From positions 192,779 to 242,859 of the IMG/VR virus record IMGVR_UViG_3300017565_000017: a stretch of 50,081 nucleotides of DNA, one strand, 5' to 3'. Positions 28,383 to 37,859 of the stretch are shown here, piece after piece; the first letter of the stretch is position 1, and each line of letters begins with the position of its first letter. This DNA comes from a virus. Lineage: Duplodnaviria > Heunggongvirae > Uroviricota > Caudoviricetes. The notes below the pieces were generated by a model that did no database searches, had not been told where the DNA came from, and saw only the letters and a list, made by a program, of their open reading frames with translations. Position numbers and translations under genes: made by a program.

Positions 28383-28962
28383 AACGTCTACCTCTGGAGA
28401 ATCTGGGACTTGCCAATGCGTTTTGGACTTGCTGCTCTTCCCATCCTCTGACAATAGACCACGCACGCTCCAACGCCTCAGGGTGCGCCTTGGTCAAAAC
28501 AGTTAACGTCTCCCGCTTCTCACGGGCATACACCGGAGCAAATGTTGGGTCACGCACCAACACCGTGCTCAGGTTGTCGATGATATCGCACGCTTTAAGC
28601 GTCTGACCTCGGGCACTAGCAGTCGCCAGATGATTGATATTCATACGCATGCGAGTAGCTCGATTGCCATCCGCAGGCTTTGCTACATCAGTCACTTCCT
28701 CCACCAGCTTGGCAATGTCAGAACCCAACACCTGACGGATATAGTCATTGGTGATGTGGGTATCTTCCACTACATCATGTAGAAGAGCAGCACACTGCAA
28801 CTCCAGGTCGGCCGGAAAGTACGAGTGTACCAACAGCGAAACTGCGCGAGGATGTACAATGTACGGCTCGTTCGTGTACTTACGACGCTGGTCAATAGCC
28901 GAGTGGGCCGTGTATGCCAGCAGGTCAGCAACCTGGATCATGTTGCCAGTGTTAATCATCAT
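28339..28962 (-). CDS. HD-domain (p)ppGpp hydrolase-like protein (SpoT/Mesh1 type)
   Basis: AH..Q.RKYTNEPYIVHP, ALLHDVVEDT, K.CD.IDN. Confidence 0.85.
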   Translation of the reverse strand: MMINTGNMIQVADLLAYTAHSAIDQRRKYTNEPYIVHPRAVSLLVHSYFPADLELQCAALLHDVVEDTHITNDYIRQVLGSDIAKLVEEVTDVAKPADGNRATRMRMNINHLATASARGQTLKACDIIDNLSTVLVRDPTFAPVYAREKRETLTVLTKAHPEALERAWSIVRGWEEQQVQNALASPRFSRGRRYGKKVASSKESSST

Positions 28963-29908
28963 CTTTTATTCCTAGAGCTTCCATGGCTAGTTTCTTAATA
29001 GGCAATCGGCCCTCTTCCTTGGCACGATTGTATGCGGTCTTGAGCACATGCACCACTTCCTTGGACCGACACGTATCGCAGTAAGGGTCCTTGCAGAGCC
29101 CATACGTCTCATACAGCGCCTTGATATCAACCCACTTACGAGCGTTGATAACATCCTTGTGTGCTGCCTTCCAGATCTTTAGATCCTGAAAGATTAACTT
29201 ATGGTCGTGGGGTAGAATAGCCTGCTCCCACACAGTTGGGTACTGAGGATTATCCCGTGGGATAAACGCGAGCATGACCCCGACGATATTTAGGCTGTAC
29301 TGCTTCTTGAGCAAGTACGCATAGGCCCGGATCTGTGACTTATACCCATCACCCGGATCCTTTTCCTTCTTGTACTTACCCTTCTCACTGGTTGTCTTAT
29401 AATCGACAATAACGAACTCCAGCTCCTTGGCAGCTTCAAACCGTTGTTCCTTAGGAAGGAAGGACAGCTTCTGGGCAGCTTTGCCATCTAAGGCATAGAG
29501 CGTATCTACGTGACCCTTGACACCCTTGTAGTCGATATTCAGTTCTTCGTACTGCATTGGATTACCGCAGCACATACGAATGGTGGACATGGGTTCAAAG
29601 TTACCGCACCGGCGGCACTTCCAATCACCAAACAGACGGCCGTCACGCATAGACAGCGCCTGCTGCATAACCAAGTGAACTGTTGTGCCGACACTGGTAT
29701 AGAACAGACCCCGCATATCAAGGGATCGAGCCATACCGTTGTTGGCAATATTCGTGAAGAAGTCTAGAGGGCAGAAGGGCAGAGCCGAGCAACGTAGGCT
29801 TAAGATACGATGGGGGTCAGCGGGTGACCAGACCTCAACTTCCTTCATGCACTTAGCGTAGTGCTTGAGAAAGTCTTTGGCAAAACTACGACCCGGCGTT
29901 AACAACAT
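28952..29908 (-). CDS. Cas4-like / PD-(D/E)xK exonuclease
   Basis: S.L..CP, GT.VH, GHVD, DYKT, Q..AY, C-terminal C...C..C. Confidence 0.8.
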   Translation of the reverse strand: MLLTPGRSFAKDFLKHYAKCMKEVEVWSPADPHRILSLRCSALPFCPLDFFTNIANNGMARSLDMRGLFYTSVGTTVHLVMQQALSMRDGRLFGDWKCRRCGNFEPMSTIRMCCGNPMQYEELNIDYKGVKGHVDTLYALDGKAAQKLSFLPKEQRFEAAKELEFVIVDYKTTSEKGKYKKEKDPGDGYKSQIRAYAYLLKKQYSLNIVGVMLAFIPRDNPQYPTVWEQAILPHDHKLIFQDLKIWKAAHKDVINARKWVDIKALYETYGLCKDPYCDTCRSKEVVHVLKTAYNRAKEEGRLPIKKLAMEALGIKDDD

Positions 29909-29926
29909 GAATATTCTCCATCTGGA

Positions 29927-30199
29927 TTAAGCAGATACCAAAGTCGTACCTTTAGGTCCGGTGTCCTTATCCAGAGCTTGCTTCAGAGTAGCGACACTGT
30001 GGGCATCGCAGTAGACAGCACGACCAGAAAGGGTAGCAGCAAAGCCTTCTTGGCCTTTGGGCATCACGACCTTCGTAGCGAGCCCAGCTTCAAGCAGGCC
30101 ATAGAAGTCGCTACCCTGAATGTTCATGGCGGCGCTAGTCGTGATGGGGCCGTGCATAAGCCAGCCCAGCGAATAGACTTGAATGTCTGTAGGTTTCAT
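29927..30199 (-). CDS. hypothetical protein
   Basis: 90-aa ORF, ATGA overlap. Confidence 0.65.
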   Translation of the reverse strand: MKPTDIQVYSLGWLMHGPITTSAAMNIQGSDFYGLLEAGLATKVVMPKGQEGFAATLSGRAVYCDAHSVATLKQALDKDTGPKGTTLVSA

Positions 30200-31098
30200 C
30201 CAAACAATCCTTTAGATTTTGGGTATAGAAAGTCTACGTAAGCTGCAAACGACTTAGGATATCCCTGAGGCTTGTGCTTTGGGATCACCATATGACTAGG
30301 GTCAGGGTCGTAGCACTTACGGTCTAACTTTACTAATTTACGGTTTAGACGGAGCCGTTCCATGTGGGCCGTAACCTTAGCAAGTTCCTCACCTTCGAGA
30401 CTTTCAATCCATGCGTTAAGAGATTCGAACTTAAGTACAATCTTCTTAGCAGCAACTGGACCAATTCCAGGTAAGCCAACAACGTTGTCGATGGAGTCGC
30501 CTAACAACGTTTGATAATCTACCATGCGCGAACATGGAATACCCTTAGCCTCTTCAGCCATTGAGTAGGTCAGCACGTAAGGCTTGTTCTTACCATCGAT
30601 CTTACGGTCAGCGATATACAAGCTAACGTTCTTAGTCAGTACTTGATAGCTATCCTTATCCTTGGTCATGAGATACACCCGGTAGCCTTTGCTACCAAGG
30701 CGGGCCACGCATGCCAAGATATCGTCAGCCTCGTACTTCTTTAGCTGCACCCAAGGGATACCGGCTTTATCCATATATTCCTGGACAAGTGGCAGATGCT
30801 CATACACCGGGTTAGACGTCTTTGTCTTGTCTTCACCTAGAGTACCGTCTTTCTTGTCCTTAGTGCCTCCACGCCGATTGATCTTATAGCGCGGATTTAG
30901 CTTGTATCTAAAGACTGAAGGGCCGTCCCACGCAACTAGCACGTGAGCGGCCCTTACAGCGAGTGCATCTTTCATGATCATGGATGTCACAAGGTAGGCC
31001 AGTTTGCGACCTACCTCGGGATCATTGACATCCAATACATGATGGGCTCGGTTTAGATACCAATTCCCATCAAATGCTGCAACGATCGGTTTAGTCAT
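30196..31098 (-). CDS. 5'-3' exonuclease / flap endonuclease (T4 RNase H, PolI N-domain family)
   Basis: DGN, WDG, YK.NR, EADD, DKD, GDSIDNVVGLPGIG. Confidence 0.92.
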   Translation of the reverse strand: MTKPIVAAFDGNWYLNRAHHVLDVNDPEVGRKLAYLVTSMIMKDALAVRAAHVLVAWDGPSVFRYKLNPRYKINRRGGTKDKKDGTLGEDKTKTSNPVYEHLPLVQEYMDKAGIPWVQLKKYEADDILACVARLGSKGYRVYLMTKDKDSYQVLTKNVSLYIADRKIDGKNKPYVLTYSMAEEAKGIPCSRMVDYQTLLGDSIDNVVGLPGIGPVAAKKIVLKFESLNAWIESLEGEELAKVTAHMERLRLNRKLVKLDRKCYDPDPSHMVIPKHKPQGYPKSFAAYVDFLYPKSKGLFG

Positions 31099-31430
31099 TA
31101 ATGAAGCTCCACGGAAACGGGCACCTCCACAGCATCGATCAAGATCATGATGTCGTCAGATTCGGTAATAAACGTAATCTGCTCCTCAGTCTCTGAATCG
31201 ATCAACTCCAGAATATAATCACGGCCAAAGGCGGTGCTGATGTCCAAGGACACGGACGTCAACACTTCCGTCAAAGCATTGGGTGTGCGGCGGATCGGGG
31301 CTGACATCAGTACATGAGTCAGACGATCACGTGCATACATAGCCAATTCTTGCGGATGGTCGCAAAAGAGCGACGCGGCTTCGGTAAGGGCGCAGCCCTC
31401 TAGGTTGAGAACAAACTGACTCGGTTCCAT
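31098..31430 (-). CDS. hypothetical protein
   Basis: 110-aa ORF, GGAGG RBS. Confidence 0.7.
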   Translation of the reverse strand: MEPSQFVLNLEGCALTEAASLFCDHPQELAMYARDRLTHVLMSAPIRRTPNALTEVLTSVSLDISTAFGRDYILELIDSETEEQITFITESDDIMILIDAVEVPVSVELH

Positions 31431-31438
31431 ATACCCTC

Positions 31439-31834
31439 CTACGCTTGGTATTTAATGGTCACGTCATTGCTTGCCAAATCCGATGTGAGTTTCAGTGCTG
31501 TAGCCCATTCCGTAGTGCGGATAACGTTCTTGCCGTTGCGCACCCATATGGTTACAGGGAGTTCGGGAAGTAGTTCATATAGCTTGTTCTTCGATTCACC
31601 AACAAAAGAAACAGGCGCGCTGGCGGCTGACGACTCGATAAACTTCTGCAATGTGGCAGAGTCGTCAGCCGTAATATCCTGGATGTACGCTAAGGCGTCC
31701 CCCGAGGCGGGTTTAATAACCGTCGCCACAATGGACGGCGGAGTATCCCATAGGATGAGCGCCGCGCTACGGACACGGTCAACTGTCTTACCGTCCGTAT
31801 TGTAAGCAACTGAAAACGGTTTGCTCATGTTCAC
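31439..31834 (-). CDS. hypothetical protein
   Basis: 131-aa ORF, AAGGAG RBS. Confidence 0.7.
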   Translation of the reverse strand: MNMSKPFSVAYNTDGKTVDRVRSAALILWDTPPSIVATVIKPASGDALAYIQDITADDSATLQKFIESSAASAPVSFVGESKNKLYELLPELPVTIWVRNGKNVIRTTEWATALKLTSDLASNDVTIKYQA

Positions 31835-31857
31835 TCCTTAAACCCTAAAATTTACGC

Positions 31858-32463
31858 CTATTCGGAGGGCTTTTCGTCGGCAGGTTTGGATTTGGCACGG
31901 CTACGCTTCGGCTTCACAGCTTCGGATGCAGAGACGAACAGGCCACCAATACGTTCACGCAGATCCGCTTGGAGCTTCTCCGCCGACTGTGCAAACTCCT
32001 CCACCTCCTTGGAAGCAGCGGCCAACAGCTCACGCGCCGATTCCTTCGCAGTGTCTAGAGTAGCCGCAAGATCGGGAGCAGACTCATTGTCCTTTTGAGC
32101 CTCAGACTTGGATTGCAGTTGTCCGTTAGCCAGGAGCTGGACGCGACCCTCAAGAGAGGCTAGGCGCTCTGTCAAGCTCTCTAGAACTTCCTCGACAGTC
32201 ATCGCGCCGTCGTCTTCTGCACGGATATGCAGATCCAGTTCCCGCTCTTCCTCTTGGGCAATAACCCATTTCATCTTTTCTTTTAGAGCAATAAGCTCCA
32301 CCAAATCCTTGGACAGGATATCGGTAGCTGTTTCTTGGACCTGCGGTTGGGGAGGGGTGCCGTAGGCTTGGCTCACGAGCATATGCGGAGCGTGCTTTAG
32401 CAGGTAATCGCGGGCCAGGATAAACTGACCCCAGGCTTCGGTAACATCATGTGGTTGATTCAT
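31858..32463 (-). CDS. coiled-coil hypothetical protein
   Basis: Likely start MNQPH at 32463 (GGAG RBS); upstream in-frame extension overlaps another gene. Confidence 0.65.
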   Translation of the reverse strand: MNQPHDVTEAWGQFILARDYLLKHAPHMLVSQAYGTPPQPQVQETATDILSKDLVELIALKEKMKWVIAQEEERELDLHIRAEDDGAMTVEEVLESLTERLASLEGRVQLLANGQLQSKSEAQKDNESAPDLAATLDTAKESARELLAAASKEVEEFAQSAEKLQADLRERIGGLFVSASEAVKPKRSRAKSKPADEKPSE

Positions 32464-32617
32464 TATCAGACTCCAGTAATTCTTCGAGTGTTTGGCGTAC
32501 CCAATCAATAGGGCGCACATTGGGTGGACAGCCGTACTTGTTGGCAAGTTGACGCAACTCTTCGGCAACGGTAACAGCAGGACGCTGCTCCGCAAAGGAC
32601 CACGTATCATCAGCCAT
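32447..32617 (-). CDS. small hypothetical protein
   Basis: MADDTW... 56 aa filling the gap between neighbours. Confidence 0.55.
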   Translation of the reverse strand: MADDTWSFAEQRPAVTVAEELRQLANKYGCPPNVRPIDWVRQTLEELLESDNESTT

Positions 32618-33161
32618 TGCGCGGCTTCCCAGTGATTGATACATCGCTCGAAAAGGTAACATCGCCGAACAAAGTCACAGTGTCGGCCAGTGATCCCGTA
32701 TCGACATTAACTACACCATCGACACTGAGTATGCCCTCCGGGGTGATAGTAATCTTGCTACGGGCGACACCCGGATAAGCGTCTGGAGTGGTGCTATCAG
32801 CGGTCGACGTAGTGAAGTAGGGATTAAGCGGGATGTTTTGAGGGGTCTCCGGTGCAGCTCCCCACATGGGGGTCGGACGCAGCGGCCACGTATTAGGCTG
32901 ATTAGCTTGGGCCAATTTCGACTTCAGTATAGAGTTCTCAAACGAAAGCTCCTGAACTTGGCGCTCCAGATCCTTTAGGCGCTGGTCCGTTGCCGCTTGG
33001 CTAAAGGAGCTAAAATCCACCTGAGTCGGTTTCTTCTTAGATTCAGGAGCTGTAACCGCTTCAGCGGCAGGTAACAGCTTGGACCCTGTACGCTTCAGGT
33101 ACTCCAGACCTGTTGCGTACATGAGCAGCGCTTCTTCTTCAGTGCGGGGTTGGGTGGTCAT
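32610..33161 (-). CDS. hypothetical protein
   Basis: 183 aa; N-terminus similar to the 31858 ORF. Confidence 0.65.
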   Translation of the reverse strand: MTTQPRTEEEALLMYATGLEYLKRTGSKLLPAAEAVTAPESKKKPTQVDFSSFSQAATDQRLKDLERQVQELSFENSILKSKLAQANQPNTWPLRPTPMWGAAPETPQNIPLNPYFTTSTADSTTPDAYPGVARSKITITPEGILSVDGVVNVDTGSLADTVTLFGDVTFSSDVSITGKPRNG

Positions 33162-34645
33162 AGTATGAACCTCGTCTTTTCTCGGGGTCGAGTTAAGGCG
33201 ACGTAAAGAGCGCGCCCGTGCTCGAAGTCTTCACGGATATAATCCATGTCAGGAAGGTCAACCAACGCCAGATCAAAGGTGGAACCCTGTGACTTGTGCG
33301 CGGTCAATGCGTAAGCGTGGCGGATAAGTGCCCAGCCATTCTTAAAGTCCCAGGCTCGTTTAAGAGCAGCACGTCGCTCGTTCCACTTGGACTGGGATTC
33401 AAACTCTCGTACTTCATCGAAGCGGCGGCTAACCTCTGCTTCGTATTCGGAATCTGACCACGGCACATACACCGTCGTGTAGCCGGTGCGGGGCTCCAGG
33501 TCATTACCCAGCTCAAGACGCCACGCTTTAAACTCGGTGTAAACCGGGTGCGTTGTCAGGCGTACATTGCGGATTACGAACTCAAAGCTGTTCTTAATTG
33601 GCAGGTCTTTATTATCACCCTTGAGTGGCGTGTACCCCTCATGGGCAATAACAGGCTCCCCGACACAAAACATATCCTTGGTGTCTGGGTACAGCGCAAA
33701 GTGGATGGCCTGATTGTGAGCCACCACAATCTTGTTCCGATAGGCTAGGATCCGAACGTCCTTACCGGCTTTGTGCGCCTTGATGAATGCCTTGATCAAG
33801 GTCTTACGCGGAACGAAGTGGGACTCGTCCAACCATTCGGTAAGGTCTTCCAGGTCCACCCGTTCTTCGTTGCGGATGCGCACGCGGACCTTCTTGGACG
33901 CGATGATAAGTGGATTACCTTCGGCCTGCCGTGTAATCTGCTTCAGGACTACCTTCGGTCCCATGCTAAAGGTCGGACTCTGTTCCATTTCCCCGACGGG
34001 GTTGAACTGTGCCGGGTCACCAATAGCAATTATACGGCAGGATCCGCGAGCCTCTTCCAAGGCGCTTGTCAGCTCACGACCCGACATGGAGCATTCGTCG
34101 AGCAGTGCAAAGTGGAACTGGCGTAGGACATGACATTGAGTGCGAGCAGTGGCCCGCGTACCGTCCTCCAGTTCCTCCATCTTAAGTCCGGAACTCGAAT
34201 GAACAGTAGCAGTGTCGCAACTGACCTTGGACGCAAGTACCCGGACAGCTTTGTGCGTTGGAGCCAGTCCAATAACACGGAAGTTCAGGACCTGGAGTGC
34301 CTTGGACAGTAGTTGGACCAGCGTTGTTTTACCTGTCCCAGCAAACCCACGCAGATTAATCCAGTCGGAACCGTTCGCATCCTGGACCCAATCCATAAGT
34401 TTGTTCCATGCAAATGCTTGATCATCCGTAAGCTCGATGTTCATCAAGTGCTTGGCAAACGCTTGACCATCCAACGGACTTGGACCATTCCAGGCCGTGT
34501 TCACAGGTGATATAACTTGAACATCTGGTTCAGAGTTGATCACTTGAGTAGCTCGTGTAGCGTTCGTTCCATCGTGCATCCTCTTGATTTTACGGTCAAT
34601 TGTTTGGTTGCGCAGTGTTTGGAGTGTGCGTTGTCGCCAGTCCAT
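33158..34645 (-). CDS. SF1B helicase (Dda/RecD-like)
   Basis: GFAGTGKTT, APTHKA, DECSM, GDPAQ, YALTAHKSQGSTF, LYVALTR. Confidence 0.93.
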   Translation of the reverse strand: MDWRQRTLQTLRNQTIDRKIKRMHDGTNATRATQVINSEPDVQVISPVNTAWNGPSPLDGQAFAKHLMNIELTDDQAFAWNKLMDWVQDANGSDWINLRGFAGTGKTTLVQLLSKALQVLNFRVIGLAPTHKAVRVLASKVSCDTATVHSSSGLKMEELEDGTRATARTQCHVLRQFHFALLDECSMSGRELTSALEEARGSCRIIAIGDPAQFNPVGEMEQSPTFSMGPKVVLKQITRQAEGNPLIIASKKVRVRIRNEERVDLEDLTEWLDESHFVPRKTLIKAFIKAHKAGKDVRILAYRNKIVVAHNQAIHFALYPDTKDMFCVGEPVIAHEGYTPLKGDNKDLPIKNSFEFVIRNVRLTTHPVYTEFKAWRLELGNDLEPRTGYTTVYVPWSDSEYEAEVSRRFDEVREFESQSKWNERRAALKRAWDFKNGWALIRHAYALTAHKSQGSTFDLALVDLPDMDYIREDFEHGRALYVALTRPREKTRFIL

Positions 34646-34673
34646 GGAGGTTCCTTTTACCTAACCCTACTAT

Positions 34674-35000
34674 TTACGTTTTGGCGTTCCACTCGACGGT
34701 AAACGCATTATCGGAAAAGCGGGCCGTGTATCCGAGGAGTGCCAAACGAGCGAGGACTGTCTGTACAGACTTCGGGTCATACGGTGGACCGCTTGGCCTG
34801 GTGACTGACACGGAGTTAAGCCCGCGTCCAGCGTAGTGGTTAACCGCGTCCAGTACGCTTTCCAAAAGTTCCCGTTCGCTATTCTGTCGTGCCTGTTCTG
34901 TAAGCACCGTGGCCTGAGCCGCACTGAGACATAGTTTAGGCGACATCGTGGCCGAGGCTGAAGGTTCAGATTGGAACCACTTGCGGATGGACTTGAACAT
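34674..35000 (-). CDS. hypothetical protein
   Basis: 108 aa, GGAGG RBS. Confidence 0.7.
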   Translation of the reverse strand: MFKSIRKWFQSEPSASATMSPKLCLSAAQATVLTEQARQNSERELLESVLDAVNHYAGRGLNSVSVTRPSGPPYDPKSVQTVLARLALLGYTARFSDNAFTVEWNAKT

Positions 35001-35545
35001 TACTTGCCTCCAATCGTACGGCTAGGATCGCCAATCGTATAACGGCGTTCCTCGGACCGGGGTGCGTTCAAACGATTCCACTCAGCTTCCACCTGGGCCT
35101 GGATAGCCGAGTCTAGTTCCTTCATGACAGGGTCCATTTCCACCTGCGGCGTGGTTACATTGTGTGGATTAACTAGGGTGGGAGCAGTGGCTGGACGGAA
35201 GCCTTCCCGTGGATTGTTCCAATCGACCGTGATACCTTCCGGTCCAGTGTAAACTCCATACCCACGAACCTCAAAGAAGTCACGGACACGCTGGATAACC
35301 AATGGATGGACTTCGCCACGGTCCATTGGAAATGAATTGAAAGTATGTGTCGCTATGCGACTCGCTACTTTGGACTGGAGTGCGTTTCCAAGGCTCATAA
35401 TGATTGGATAGGCTTGGGCGTCCACTTGCTCTGGAGTTAGACGCACTAAGTCTTCGAGTTCGGTAGCCAACGGAATGTGGGATAGTCGTTCATCCAAGGT
35501 GGCGTGATTGTCATTGGAGAGGGTAGGGAAGCGACGAAGGGTCAT
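35000..35545 (-). CDS. hypothetical protein
   Basis: 181 aa. Confidence 0.7.
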   Translation of the reverse strand: MTLRRFPTLSNDNHATLDERLSHIPLATELEDLVRLTPEQVDAQAYPIIMSLGNALQSKVASRIATHTFNSFPMDRGEVHPLVIQRVRDFFEVRGYGVYTGPEGITVDWNNPREGFRPATAPTLVNPHNVTTPQVEMDPVMKELDSAIQAQVEAEWNRLNAPRSEERRYTIGDPSRTIGGK

Positions 35546-35548
35546 AGT

Positions 35549-37753
35549 CTATAGTTCCGGTTTGAAGAAAGAATCGCCCGCTTTCCAGCGGCGCTCGAAC
35601 TGCACTTCACATAGCTTTATTTGGTCGGCCAGGGCAGACTCTAGGGTCTTCAAATCGTCCCTTAAACGGTCTTGGTCGTGAGAAGCACGCTTTTCCGCTA
35701 ATCTGCGTTTTAACGACACTATTTCCTTGTATTGTGGGATCTTCTGGATCAGGAACTTTTTCTTAGCGGCAAACTTAGTACCCCGTTTCTTAGTCGCCAC
35801 CGGATTTCCAGCCTGACGCTTCTGGAACTTGAGGGCGATGATCGAATGGAGATTGCGCAAGTCCTTAGTGTCTTCCTTGGTTAGCCCATTCCCAATTCCA
35901 AGATTCCCAATGTCCCAGGGCTCAATGAGGGTCGGAAGATCGGAGAATCCAAACTTCTTAACGTTTTCTGCACTAGCCTTATCTGGCAAGATCAGTAGTC
36001 GGTATGCGTCCATGTCTGGAACACGAATGCTAGATCGTGTTAAGGACTGCACTGCTTGGTCCACAAGGTGGTCTAGATCTGAATTATAGGAAGGACACAG
36101 GGCTTCCATAACTGTCTTGGCCCCTGGATGTGGATTAACGCTCGCCAGGAAGGCAAACACGTGATGCTCAATGTAAGCATTGGAACCTTGGCTCTTAAAC
36201 GGAACAAAGATAATGTCGTCGGCCCCAAATTTCAAAAGCTCTGCTTCACGTTCATAGCTACCATCCCCGACGTTAATCGTAGCCAGCAATGGAGTTGGAT
36301 CGTAGTTACCCTGAGCCTTGTTCCACGCTCGATTTATGTCGACACTACGCTTCAGTAGGTACTGGATTGGAGTATAGGGCTGGAGGTCCGGTAGAGTTTT
36401 GATATACGCTATCAGGTCTTCGTTGTTGGTTCGGAATCGAGACGTTCCACTGTAACCCTTGACCTTTGCTATACCGCGAATGAGATTCCGCAAGATATTG
36501 GGCTTCAGTCCAGCACCGGGGGCTGCATTGAGTTCCATAAGTCCAGAACTCCACAGATCCAGGTTGTCTCCAGGCTCCGGACGCACCACGATCCCATTGT
36601 CCAGGAGTCCCATACTGAGCTTCGACTGACCGGCGGACGCATACGTTATATAAGCCTGGGACCACGCTCGGCGTAACGCACGTTCCTGGATCTGGATGGA
36701 CGGCACACGCTTTTGCTCCAAATGGATAGGGCAGTCGATGTCTTGGATACGACGTTCAAACAAATCGTTGTCTTCCCCGTCCAGAGGTTCGTATCCGGAT
36801 AATCGTAGCATGTGGAACATTTGAGTGTTTTCCAGACGTGCTGCCATGATCGTAACGGTCTTCCATCCGTAAAACACCCGGGCTGGATCCAGAACGGTTT
36901 GGAGCTGTAAGGTGCATGTCCGTGGATTATACTGAGCCTGGCCCATAACACGGACCGCTGACCCGTACACGTGTTCCATAACCCTCTTCAGGTCTTTAAA
37001 CATGCGATCGACCTTTGGAGTGAGTCGATATTGAGCTACGTAGGACTGGAGCGCGTCGTCCAGTTCCTTGCGGGTCAATTTGGACTTGATCTCAATGGGG
37101 GTCCGAGCTTCATGGAGTTCTTGGAGGGGTAGGAACTTGCTGAGCACGCCTTCCAATTCCGGGGGCAAGATCATCTGCTCGGATTGTAGTACGCATTTCT
37201 GGGCTTCGTCAAAGATGACGCTCACGCGTTTGCGGTTAGGGAGCAATGATTTTCCATTTTCCTTGTAGCCGCTGTCCAGGCGTAAGAATGTCTCGTGGGC
37301 CATCATAATGACGGTTCCGCGCTCCAGCTTGGGTACTTCTATGTTGTTGATCCTTATGGACTTGGACACGGCACGCATCAACACCTTGGCTACTTCGCGC
37401 AGCGTGTTGAGTCCCAAGCTCTTCTTTAGGTCGTCGTTGATCTTGAAGATCCGAGGATGGAGGGCTGGGTCGACTCCCATACGAATTTTGTGCCCGATCT
37501 CGTCCAATAGTTTGTGTGTCGGGGCTGTGTAGATGGTGACTCCACTCCCGGTACGGATGCGATTCTGGATCACGCGGATGGCCCAATGGGTTTTACCTCC
37601 GCCGGGGAGCGATGACAGGTAATGTATAGTCTGTGGATGACCGTCTATCGAATAGAGGGGCATGATGTTCCAGTTAGTAAGTCCATGCAGGCTATTAACG
37701 GTATGACGTTTAACGGATTTTGTTAACGGAGGTCCGTTAAACGAGCGCAACAT
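35549..37753 (-). CDS. SF2-helicase-like protein, candidate origin-binding/initiator (true start may be 37663)
   Basis: PGGGKT, APTHKL, IFDEAQ, C-terminal Q..TRS..R; abuts repeat-rich non-coding DNA. Confidence 0.6.
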   Translation of the reverse strand: MLRSFNGPPLTKSVKRHTVNSLHGLTNWNIMPLYSIDGHPQTIHYLSSLPGGGKTHWAIRVIQNRIRTGSGVTIYTAPTHKLLDEIGHKIRMGVDPALHPRIFKINDDLKKSLGLNTLREVAKVLMRAVSKSIRINNIEVPKLERGTVIMMAHETFLRLDSGYKENGKSLLPNRKRVSVIFDEAQKCVLQSEQMILPPELEGVLSKFLPLQELHEARTPIEIKSKLTRKELDDALQSYVAQYRLTPKVDRMFKDLKRVMEHVYGSAVRVMGQAQYNPRTCTLQLQTVLDPARVFYGWKTVTIMAARLENTQMFHMLRLSGYEPLDGEDNDLFERRIQDIDCPIHLEQKRVPSIQIQERALRRAWSQAYITYASAGQSKLSMGLLDNGIVVRPEPGDNLDLWSSGLMELNAAPGAGLKPNILRNLIRGIAKVKGYSGTSRFRTNNEDLIAYIKTLPDLQPYTPIQYLLKRSVDINRAWNKAQGNYDPTPLLATINVGDGSYEREAELLKFGADDIIFVPFKSQGSNAYIEHHVFAFLASVNPHPGAKTVMEALCPSYNSDLDHLVDQAVQSLTRSSIRVPDMDAYRLLILPDKASAENVKKFGFSDLPTLIEPWDIGNLGIGNGLTKEDTKDLRNLHSIIALKFQKRQAGNPVATKKRGTKFAAKKKFLIQKIPQYKEIVSLKRRLAEKRASHDQDRLRDDLKTLESALADQIKLCEVQFERRWKAGDSFFKPEL

Positions 37754-37859
37754 AATTTTCTATAGGCGTGTTACGGACTGACAACGGAACCAGAGTGTAA
37801 TACTGGAACTGCTCAAAAAGTGTCCGTTAAACGAGCGCAACATAATTTTCTATAGGCGT
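37732..37859. repeat. 38-bp perfect direct repeat, 2 copies
   Basis: GTCCGTTAAACGAGCGCAACATAATTTTCTATAGGCGT at 37732-37769 and 37822-37859. Confidence 0.95.

Noticed and set aside
1454-37532. Numerous plus-strand ORFs in the replication block
   Set aside because: Fully overlap well-supported minus-strand genes and show no motifs
37732-37859. Possible mini-CRISPR array
   Set aside because: Only two repeats, 52-nt gap, no CRISPR-like termini, no cas operon; the Cas4-like gene is a common stand-alone phage nuclease
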